Below are positions 49,560-60,029 of a stretch of DNA of 64,000 bases, piece after piece. Source of the DNA: a virus; IMG/VR virus record IMGVR_UViG_3300046167_000873, positions 32,001-96,000 of that record; one strand, 5' to 3'. A program made the translations under genes and the position numbers. Below the pieces are notes generated by a model. That model was not told the origin of the DNA and did no database searches. It saw only the letters and a list, made by a program, of their open reading frames with translations. How positions within the stretch are numbered: position 1 is the stretch's first letter; each line of letters opens with the position of its first letter.

Positions 49560-52339
49560 TAAGCTGAAACTCCAATTACTCTATAATCATTTACTTTTGG
49601 CACAACGTTTGCTTTGTCTGAGAGCAACACGATCTTAATCGCTGCCTTATCAAACGTATCATATATTTGGCCGGAATATCCAAAGTATCGAGTGACTTCA
49701 AAATTCTGAGGATTTCTAAAACCTGTGTTTTCATCTTCTAAAACGTCTAACCTAAATCCTTCACCAATCATATTAGTATTAGAAATTGGTTGCTGTAACA
49801 CAATTTCACCAGAAGCCGAATTAGCAGACTCAATACTATATAACTGATAGTTTGTTGGGAACAATGTGCTCCACAATTTAATTACTTGATTTTGTGATAG
49901 GTCATCAATTTGAGATGTATTTGCGCTTGCTGTATCAATTGTAATCGTCGCACTATTTTCAACTGTTGTTATTTCGCCATCAGTAGTATATTCTGTCTGA
50001 GGGAAGAACGGCATTTGATACTCAACTTCATGGTAAGAAGTTCGTATATCTTTATCGTCAAATATACCTTCGCCACCGATTTGCAACATCTTAGTCCATT
50101 GCTTATCATCAAAAGAATCTTCATCAATTGAATTATAAACACGTGCATAGAACTCAATAGCAGTTCCAGGCGGTGTATGAACATTTGCAATAACCCTAAG
50201 ATCTTCTGCTCGGTTTTCTTCGTCAAACTGAAGTGGCTTACCAATCATCTTAGATTCAGCATTACCAGATTCACCGTCACGCGTTAATGACTTGTATTCA
50301 CCTCTATTGTCAGCGTTAACATTAAATCGGTGCATTGTAAGTTGAAGAGTATCTGTCCTAAACTCAGGAGCACAGAATGACTTAATGTCATCTCCTTGGT
50401 AAGTATAATTTAGCTGGAATGTTGCAGACTTATTAGAGTTGTTTGCAAGACCAACTTCTTTTACTTCTAATGACCTCGATAAAACTTCACTCGCATATCC
50501 TCTTACGTGGTTAGGAGCATTCAAGAACATTAAATTGTCGTCTGTCTGCAAAGAAAACGTATTTGAAGAGTCTACAAAAACTGAGAAGTTATAAGCAGTA
50601 TCAACATCAAACATAGGTGGAATGTTACCGTTAAAGTTACACCTAAAGGTTGATACAGGCAAAGAACCAACACCTACAATTTCAGCTGAGTTAAACGATT
50701 CAATACCGATAATAGTATCACCCGCTTCAAATGCAAATGAATTATCAACAGCATATTGAGTTGGATTAACCGATGAATTGTTTAACCGCAATATATTGCT
50801 AATCACATTATAGTCATCACATTCAGCAACGACCGTATGTTGTACTGAACCAGTCATGTTAAATAGCGCTGGTTCTTCAACAACAACTGTTGTTGCTGTA
50901 GGTGTGAATATTGTTGTATCAACAGTAAATACCTGCGTATTCTCTTCGTTAGTCGAATCAATAACAACTAGCTTGTCGCCGTTAATTAAACTAGCATATG
51001 ATACTGAACCGTCATTTGTTAGAGTATTTTTAGATCTTACAATTGAAGCACTTCCTGCAAATGCAGTAACTTGCTTATAGACGATTTCACCTGGAGCCCA
51101 ACGAGATGTTGTATTTGTTACACTTAAAAACTCGTAGTCTTCAAGACACATATCAACAGTCTGATCTTCAAGATCGTATTGATTAATATGTACATCAAAC
51201 TTTAAATCTTTATTTTTGTCAGGTGCCCACTCAAGCTCTCCAAGAGGACCAGTACTTAATGGGTTTTTAGTAAATGAGCGTGGTGGATATACGTCGCCAA
51301 TATGCTCTTTTGTTGAACCACTAGAACGCGTCTCTGTCTTATCGCCATCAACAAGAAGTAAATCACCTTTTGTATTTGACCATAAGACATAATCAGCATC
51401 TTGAATTGTAACGCAGAATGCATAGAATCTATCAGTTGCTACACGAATAGGGTTTTCAAAAGTAAATATTGTTTCTACCTGAGCAACAGGTGATGCTTGT
51501 ATTTCTGACCATGACTTTGAACTTACTCCACCTAAAAGAATTTCAGTGGTATTTGGAGTTCCATCGTCTTTACAAGTCATAAGCTTAACAGAGACTTTTG
51601 GATTCTTAATACCTGAAGTATTAATGTCTCGTCGTGGTTTTTTCCTAAAGTATAAAGTGACGTCTGTAATGTCAACACAGTCAGAGTTTTTTACGACCTT
51701 AGAATCGATAAAGAATGTTTGATATTCATTACCAGTACCTACAGCAGGTAGTGTCGGCTTATCTTTACCTGGTTCAGGAATATCTCCAGGGACAAGTGGT
51801 GGTTGGACAGTAACAGTCTTAACGGTGTCATCAGAATCAGGACTAATAAAGGCTGAGTATTCAACAATTCTGATTCGTTCACGGTTCTTATCGTCCTCAC
51901 GTGATCGTGCCCCAAGGTTATCCCAATATTCGCTGTAATCAGGTAACCTAGCGTTAATAGGAGAACCGAGATGAGGTGGTGTAAACGTATTGATAGCTGA
52001 GTAGCTCGCAGCATCTGAACCAAAGGCTCTTACTTCAAATTGAAGATCGCCCTTATAATCAGTTTTTAAATACTTCCTATTTCTAACTTCATCGTTAGGC
52101 AATAAGTTACATAGAACACACTCATTTATAGGGCGCGTCCACTGTGTAATATCTTCAAACTGCTGCCCAGGATTATTATCAAGCATCACCTTATATCGAG
52201 TATTTGGCTTTAAATTACCAAAATTATATTTGATATATCCTGGTGACCTACGTAATACATAATCTTTAGGTTGATAGAAAAAATTATCATCAGGCTTCTT
52301 TAACCTATTTGAACTAAATGGTATAATTTTCTTTGACAT
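49559..52339 (-). CDS. large baseplate-associated structural protein
   Basis: QTFF.D...IT.V.LYF..KP and C-terminal IKIVL.S.....VP...DYR.I, resembling the C-terminal part of VrlC-like proteins. Confidence 0.7.
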   Translation of the reverse strand: MSKKIIPFSSNRLKKPDDNFFYQPKDYVLRRSPGYIKYNFGNLKPNTRYKVMLDNNPGQQFEDITQWTRPINECVLCNLLPNDEVRNRKYLKTDYKGDLQFEVRAFGSDAASYSAINTFTPPHLGSPINARLPDYSEYWDNLGARSREDDKNRERIRIVEYSAFISPDSDDTVKTVTVQPPLVPGDIPEPGKDKPTLPAVGTGNEYQTFFIDSKVVKNSDCVDITDVTLYFRKKPRRDINTSGIKNPKVSVKLMTCKDDGTPNTTEILLGGVSSKSWSEIQASPVAQVETIFTFENPIRVATDRFYAFCVTIQDADYVLWSNTKGDLLLVDGDKTETRSSGSTKEHIGDVYPPRSFTKNPLSTGPLGELEWAPDKNKDLKFDVHINQYDLEDQTVDMCLEDYEFLSVTNTTSRWAPGEIVYKQVTAFAGSASIVRSKNTLTNDGSVSYASLINGDKLVVIDSTNEENTQVFTVDTTIFTPTATTVVVEEPALFNMTGSVQHTVVAECDDYNVISNILRLNNSSVNPTQYAVDNSFAFEAGDTIIGIESFNSAEIVGVGSLPVSTFRCNFNGNIPPMFDVDTAYNFSVFVDSSNTFSLQTDDNLMFLNAPNHVRGYASEVLSRSLEVKEVGLANNSNKSATFQLNYTYQGDDIKSFCAPEFRTDTLQLTMHRFNVNADNRGEYKSLTRDGESGNAESKMIGKPLQFDEENRAEDLRVIANVHTPPGTAIEFYARVYNSIDEDSFDDKQWTKMLQIGGEGIFDDKDIRTSYHEVEYQMPFFPQTEYTTDGEITTVENSATITIDTASANTSQIDDLSQNQVIKLWSTLFPTNYQLYSIESANSASGEIVLQQPISNTNMIGEGFRLDVLEDENTGFRNPQNFEVTRYFGYSGQIYDTFDKAAIKIVLLSDKANVVPKVNDYRVIGVSA

Positions 52340-52354
52340 TATTCTATCAATCCT

Positions 52355-55300
52355 TTATCGAAGTTTTAGAGCGCGGTCATATTTCTTAAACCTTGTTCCG
52401 CCGGTTGTTGGCTTCTTAACTGGTTCTGGCTCTTTGAACACAGTAGGTACAGAAGGTACTGGGATATTTATTCTTGTTGGTATCCGCGTCCTGACCGGTT
52501 GAATAACTACCTGCTCTATTGGTGGTGGAGGAGGTGGCGGAGACTTAATCGGTACTGGCGGACTAGCCGGTTGTGTTGTTACCCGATCAGGTACTTTTAC
52601 CCTAATAGGATTCTTAATAATAGTATTAAGAAGATTAAAGGTTACCTGAGGCCCACGAACTGGTGTTGGCAGTAATAACAGGTGGTGGCGTTGGAACCTT
52701 AATAACCTTACGTACACCGCCAGTTGCTGCCGGAGAGAATGCTAACTCATCTTGCTCGATTTCACATTCAGGATCTACACCAATAACACAACCATCATCA
52801 CCGATTACGATAGGTGGTTCTGGTTCACATACCTCAATCTCTGGTTCAGGTTCCACAACTTTAACTGGGCACCGATCAGGGTTAGCTTTAGCAGAAGCTA
52901 GTTTGATCGAACAATTACCTCTAGAATCCTGTTTACCTGTGTACTGATAAACATATAGCAATCCATCTTTGCAGTAGTCTTTATTAAATGTACCAGCAGA
53001 AGGACATGGATTAACTGGATCTGGTTCAGGCGCTGGAGGAATAATAATACATCGACTACTATTTGTCTGTCGTGATCCAACTACTGTTTTACAGTTACCA
53101 TCTTCAACATATGTTACATAGTCGTTACCAACACATCGTGCGTACAAGAACTTACCTTTAGGTGGGCAAGGAGGAGTTGTGTTGATTGTCGTAGAACCTG
53201 CATCATAAACAGGATCAACGATGCTTGTAGCAGGATAGCAAACTTCATAATTAAATACTTTGCCCCACTTCAATGCTCGGACTGTAATGTAACGGCCTTT
53301 TGACTCATCGTATGGAATCGTTATCTTACCAGCACCTCGATAAGCTTTATAAGTCTTATTAGGTAAACCTGGTATATTCGTCATAATCTTCGAACTATTA
53401 GATAACGAAGTAAACCATGGATTTGTTTGAAAAGGAATTGCAGAATTGCTACCATTTCTCACGTCGTAAAACTTCTGATAAATCTTAAATGCTTCAGCAC
53501 CACCTAAACTTTCAGCAGTTTCAACTGAACTTGACCAAATCACGTTACCCTTTTCTATGACAGAGCCAGATCTGGGTGGTGTGCTTGTTTGAAGAACTTC
53601 AAATCCAATACCTGCGACACCGGAACTTGGAATATAGAATTTTATATCAATATTCCGTGCTGTACCATCATTTCTATCTGTTCCAGTAAATGTAGTCTCT
53701 TCCCACACACCTTGAGCCTTTATAAATGTCCCAATATTTTCTGAAGAAAATCGAGTATTTTGGCTTCTTACAAACTGGCAAACAGTTTGAATTTCAGGTT
53801 CAGGTGGTTGTTCAATATATGGACCATATGTTGCATTCTTTTGACTTAACAACCTGAATCGCTGAGCAGGATAAACAATCTTACCACCAGTTACTTGGTC
53901 GGGATTGCAAGGTTCTAGGCTTAGAACAGATGTTGTCTTTTGTGGATACAAATTATATTCATAAATTGATGCAGCAAACTCTTGATTCTGAGTATCAGAT
54001 CGATTAAAGTTTTCAAAGTTATCAGCATAGAATCCGTACTTGAATTTTTCAAGAGTTGAATCAATTGAACTCGGAAAACTTAAGGTTCTTGTTTCGTTTT
54101 CCAATTCAGATAGGTTTTGGTTATATTCTAAAGATATAATCCTACGCTCAAGCTCAGCAATCTGAGCCATCGTATAACCTTGTGTTTGGTCATCGAGCTT
54201 TTCAATTGAACAAGTATACTTTGTCAGTTTTGTTCGTGATGCTCTTGTTGATATAACACCATTTAATGTTATCTCTCGAAGCTCATTTGATAGAACAAGA
54301 GGTAAACTAGGATACGGTGCAACATCAATCTTATATAGCTGTAAGCGGTTTGCATTGCTCTTAATATTGAGGTCACGAGTACCGATATTGAAAACAAACT
54401 CACCTTCGTTTGTAAGAGCGATCACGTCAGTGCGGCCGTCATACGACGTTAAATCATATGTAAGATCACCTTGTGGTATTGGGAAAGCGTAACCAGCGAT
54501 CGCTGAGAAGCTCTCAACATCACTTGGATCAGTACTTGCAGCTGCAGGTGTTGTTGCACTCGTTGCAGTAGGATCGCAATAAGGTCTAAAGTCTAAACAA
54601 TCCCTCAACAGAACTTCATAGTTTTCAGAAGTTCTAATATGGTAAGGAATCTCTAATGTATTGACATTAGTTGTTAGCCCTGATAAAGGAACCTCGTCGT
54701 TGATTGTATATGAGTCAACAGTTTTAACACCTTTAGAATCAGAAGGCACAAAGTGATCGAGCTCAACCAATATTGTTGCAGCTAAAGTTGATGGAGTTCC
54801 TTCTTCACGATACAGCTTACTTAAACCCCAGAATCCATCTTTTTGACCATCTTCAACATAAAATTCTTGAGTAATTTTAGCAGCTGTTGTATCTGTTCCG
54901 TTATAAACTTCTCTTAACCTAAAGACACCTGGTAAACCAAGCGACTTTGGAAATGCACCGGTCGTTGATATTTTCACAAAACGATTACGGTTTGCAGTAA
55001 TTGGTGTTGATGAAACATTCTTTGCTTTGACGTTATAGGTAACAGCCAGAGTAACAGATGTCGTAGTTATAGGTTGACCTGCACCGAGGTTAATTGTCAT
55101 CGACGTGCGATCACTATTAACTGTAGCATTTGCTGTTGTTCGAGAACCTAAGTTGATTGGAATATTCTTTGGGAATACCCTTCGCATTGGTTCAGCACTA
55201 AATGCAAATGAACCCGAAGGCTTTCGAATTGTAATTCTGTCTTGAGAATCTACACTTAAGACTTGTACAACATCGCCAGAGTTATTCTTGATCCAATCAC

Positions 55301-57764
55301 CAGAAACTAAGTTATCTGAGAATAGAGGAGTACCTACTGTTGCATCTAATACTTCAACTGAACTATTGCTTTGTCCGGCGTCTTGAACTAAAGTAATACC
55401 AGTTGCAAAATCACCGACCGTTATTTCATCCTCTGGAACAATGATTAAAGTGCCTTCTTCGCTATCAGTAAGTTCACCGATATAATTAAAGATATTACCA
55501 GCTGGCAATCCTGATATTGAAATATCACCACCTGAACTTACTGATTGGTTGACACTCGTTGTGCCATAGACATAGTTAATGCTGTCGCCTGAACCTGTCG
55601 TATTTGCAAATGCTTCACCGGTTGTAACTGGTGAACGCCCAGTGGGTACAACAAGGCTCGTTGTTTGAGATTGAAACAACTCAGCAAACCGAGTATATGT
55701 TGAAGGTGAATATTGGTCTTCTTCACCGGTTTCAGTAATTTTTCGAAGTACATCACTACCACTTGTTAATACAATATCAGCGATGCCATCTTCTGAACCA
55801 CCAGAGCTTGGGACGTAGATAGAACGAATATCTCTAAAGGATGCACGGTCTAATTGGATATCAAAAATGTATACACGATAAACTGCATCATTTGTACCGT
55901 GATTGCCTGATTCAAGAAATACCGATCTTATCTTTGCAGTACCAATCTGATCGCCACTAATTCTTGCTGCACTTACTGCAGTATTGGTCGCGTAGTTATC
56001 GTAATACTTAACACCTTCATCTGTTCCAGTCTGTGCTTTATATAAGTTAATTGTCTGGCCAGATTTAAATACGTGTGTACCTGCTAATTGGTTAACACGA
56101 ATATAAGAACCGTAAATCAAGTCTTGTTCTTGGTTTATTTTGATTGATATATTCTTTGACTTTTCAACTTTCTTTGCATAGTTGCGTTCAGTCTTGACAC
56201 GATAACCATTAATGTATGCGTGACCAGGATCTATAACATAAACGAAGTGAGTATCTGAATTTGCAATATCGCTTGTAGATCGTATAGTCAATTTAAATTG
56301 ATCTAGTGCATAGTTACCACTCTCTTCAAATGTACGTCTTGCAATCATGTCATTGATTTTATTGTACTGAGTAGTTTTAAACTGTGCGTATGGTCGACCT
56401 TCACTAAACTTAACTAAACTGAAGAACTCAGCGTCAGCTTCTTGTTCAGCAATTGTTTTTACAGAGAGCTGAGGAGTAAGCTGTAAACGGTTTGCACCAG
56501 GAGCTGAGAAGTTTGTAAAGTCATTTGAATTATCATAAAGAGTAGCATCTGTAAATACGTTAACGACCCCTTCTAATGTTGTAAATCCAACAGCAACATC
56601 ACTCGGCGTATTTGAATACTTGTCAACAAAAGCAAATTGGGCATCAACGTTTAAGAAGTATCCTTTCTGATATATTTTTCCTTCAGAAACTTGGATACCA
56701 TAACCAACACCAACTGGGTTAACATAACCGTCAGCAGTAGACGCAACAGTTAATTGCGTAAGGAAGGTTTGTGCTTCTAAATCTAAACTGTTGAGATTCA
56801 GTGTTGAGGCTGTTGTTGATCCAACAGTAACATACGGTATAGTTGTATAACCAGAACCACCCCTTGTTATTTCAGCACTCGATATTGAACCGCCTCGTGT
56901 TGTTTGAATAAGGCCCGTTGCACCTGAACCAATAATCTGAGTAACACTTACTTCTTCGTTGTTACCAGATGTCTGGTTAATAAGAACTGTGTTTTCTTCG
57001 ATATCATCCCATTTGCTTGAATCAGGAGCAGGAACCAAGTCACTGTTGACTGGTTTAACTGGTACAATAAGTGTTCCAGTATCTTCATCGACTGTGGGAG
57101 TATCATAAATCTGTACGCGCAACGTTGGAGTAATAAGATCATCTACAAGAATATCGTTAATAGTAAATGATTCAATGTCAGATGTATTTCCTGAAACGAC
57201 GTTGGCAATCTTAAGTGCACTAACAACATAAACGATATCAGCGTTTGAGAAACCAGCAGATGCGCCACCTGGCACAACATTAATATCGTAGACAATATCT
57301 TGGTTACTAAATATTTTAACAGATTCGCCTTCAGCAAACTTTGAATATTGATCATCAATGCCATTATCTTGGTATTCAACATATAATGTGTTTAAGTTGA
57401 TACCGTCACCTTGGAAACCAGCAGTTCCTCGGGAAACCCTAGCAGTTATTCCAGTACTTTGACCCCTTGCAAACAGACCAATATACTCATTAACATCAAC
57501 TGCTCCACCAGTACTTGACCTATCAAGTACTTTAATAAAAGGCATTTCATCCTTAAAGGTGAACTGACAGCCTGATAATATAGTGCCAGCTTTTAATATG
57601 TTATCGCCAAATTCTTCAATTTGATTTTGCAGCATCGTCTGCAGCTGGTTCATCTCTCTTACTTGAACCGCAGTTGATGGCTTGAAAAGAACTTTATAAT
57701 AATTCTTATCAGAATCGTAATCGTCGAAATATGGAGATACGGAAAAATTAGTTGTTAACGGCAT
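52355..57764 (-). CDS. VrlC/DUF4815-like baseplate structural protein, frameshifted near 52670
   Basis: N.SPYFDDY...KN.YKVLF.P..AVQ.RE..QLQ, APGA.RL, ARRTFEESG.Y, G.AY..GY, DFRP, K.GF..DNF. Confidence 0.85.
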
Positions 57765-57768
57765 CGAT

Positions 57769-60011
57769 TTAGAACTCCAAAATTACTCTTATTTCTTCTG
57801 TTTGATCTTGCTGGCGTGAAATAGGTACGTCATTTTGTATATATATGACGGCTCCTTCGTTAGGATCTAAATCACCGTATGATAAATCTAAAATATCTGC
57901 ATTTACTCCGGAGACCACACTCGCGAATGTTGCGCCAGATGATCGGCCAGTAATAATTGCTGATTGTCCTGCAGATGCTGTTACAAAATCGCCTACAACA
58001 CGAGTAAGGTTTAACTGATCATCATTCCAAGAGTGAATGTATCCAGTTGTTTCTTCGCCTGTTGCAGCATCTACTTGAAAAACCTGTTCATCAAGTTGAA
58101 ATACACCTTGAGTCACATTACCTTGTATCTTAAACAGCTGATTAAAATCTTCAAATTGGAACTGTGCACTGAATGTTCCTATTCTACTATTTATATCAAT
58201 TGACTGAACGTTTCCTGTGGCTCTTGAAGTCAAACCATAAATGAGCTCACCAGTCTTAAACTTAGGAACTACTTTGTTACCAAGAAATGATGTATAGTTT
58301 GTTGGTGTTCCAACTGGTTTAGGTGGTGCATTATTATCAACAACACATGTAGCCAATTCTTTTGTTTGATATGCAATGATGCTGTAATCACCACCGGGTT
58401 CTAAGAATGGAATAGTATCTTGTAAAATGATTGCTGTTGTATTACTGCCAGCACCAACCGTACCTAGATATTTACCAGTACCAGTCACGGATTGCATATA
58501 GATATTTTCACCAGGAGTTAAGAATGTATCGAAGGATGAATCTCCTGATTGCAATACTAAAGACTTACCATCATCTTGTACTGTATTTGCAGTAAATGTA
58601 CCTTCTATTTTTATTTTCTTAAACTGAACAACATCTTCGCCTTCAATAAATTCAGTTGTTGCTTCAGTAAAATAGAATTGTGTGTTTGAGAAAACAGGAT
58701 CACGAATAACACCAAACTGCGAGAATGTATTTTCTGGAGAGACTAAGTCAGATTCTGAACTGTTGAAGTTAGCAACAATGCTCATCTTAGATGCACCTAA
58801 CTCAACAATGTTGTTTGCCCCATGGCCTCCCTGTGGAGGTATGATGGCTCTTAAATCAGAAGGTATAATAGTAACTGGTTCGCCATTAATTTCATCAGAA
58901 ATCAATGGAGGAATCTTGGCGGTAGCAAACTTATAATCTGCACCAGTATCAAACATTTCAACACGAATAATACTATTAGATGCATTACTATCTACGATTG
59001 CTCGAGCAAATGCTTTTTCGTTTCTGTACCATCGCCGATAATTCTTACTTCTGGGAAAATATCATATGATGATGTATTGTCAAGCGGCGTAGTAAATTGA
59101 TCTTCAACATAGATAACTACGCCAACACCTGTTACAACATCAGACCTTAATATCCGTCTATATTGACCGGCACCTACTCCTGATGTAATATAGATGATGC
59201 AGTTCTTGTAGAAATCAATAATTTGTCGTCCACCAACAACTCTATACCATTGGTTAACATTTGCTTCACCAGCAACACTAGTCAGTGTTTGACCTGATGC
59301 AATTAATGCACCGTTCTCAGCAATATCTGGTGTAATTCTATTAAAGTCATTATCTGAAAAATCAGCTGAGATATAGTTGTTATGGTTTTTGCCTTCATCA
59401 AGAACGCGAATAACATCAATAGCACCAGGTTTTGAGTTGCTTTGAATTGTAGTATTAGCAGTAATTGGAATGAGCTTTTGTGTAGCAAACTTATTGAAGG
59501 TTGTAGAATCTATGCTGTACAGGTATTTCCACTGATAACCATCGTTTGTTTCGTAGTAATCATCACCTGATACAAAAAGATTCTCATCATATCGTGCATC
59601 TTGGAATAAAGGCTTAACAGTTGATGGAGCGCCATTGTTGTTATACAAACACTTATAAACGTGTTTAAACGCATCTTCATCAACAACAGTATAGAAGTTC
59701 TTTTCAAAAAGATTAACTTCAGTATCATCGTACATCGTGAATATCGTACCAGCTTCCCAATCATTGCGATTAACAACAAAGTTAAAATCCCTTTCGTCAA
59801 GTTTCTTGCCTATGATCATATTTCGAAACGCACCGATATTCATTTTTTGAGTGGTTTCAATAGGCGCTGAAATTTCATCAAGCGTAGAACCATCAGTGAC
59901 ATGATCACCAATAAATGAATAATAAACAGTATTAGCCGGTTCAGTAATCGATTCTATAAACTGATCGATCATGTGAGTTTTAAATTCAGCTGGTACTAGT
60001 GACTTAGCCAT
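57769..60011 (-). CDS. gp8: baseplate wedge subunit, frameshifted near 59015
   Basis: VYKCL.NN....ST..P, DGY.WKYLY in the first part; IIPP.GGHG...ELGA and C-terminal I.R...Q.E.I..ILEF in the second. Confidence 0.85.
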
Positions 60012-60029
60012 TATTGTCTCTTATATTAT

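Noticed and set aside
44672-58994. TAG stop-codon reassignment explaining split genes
   Set aside because: Reading through TAG at 44672 or 58992 stays in a non-homologous frame and soon meets another stop; the continuations are in other frames.
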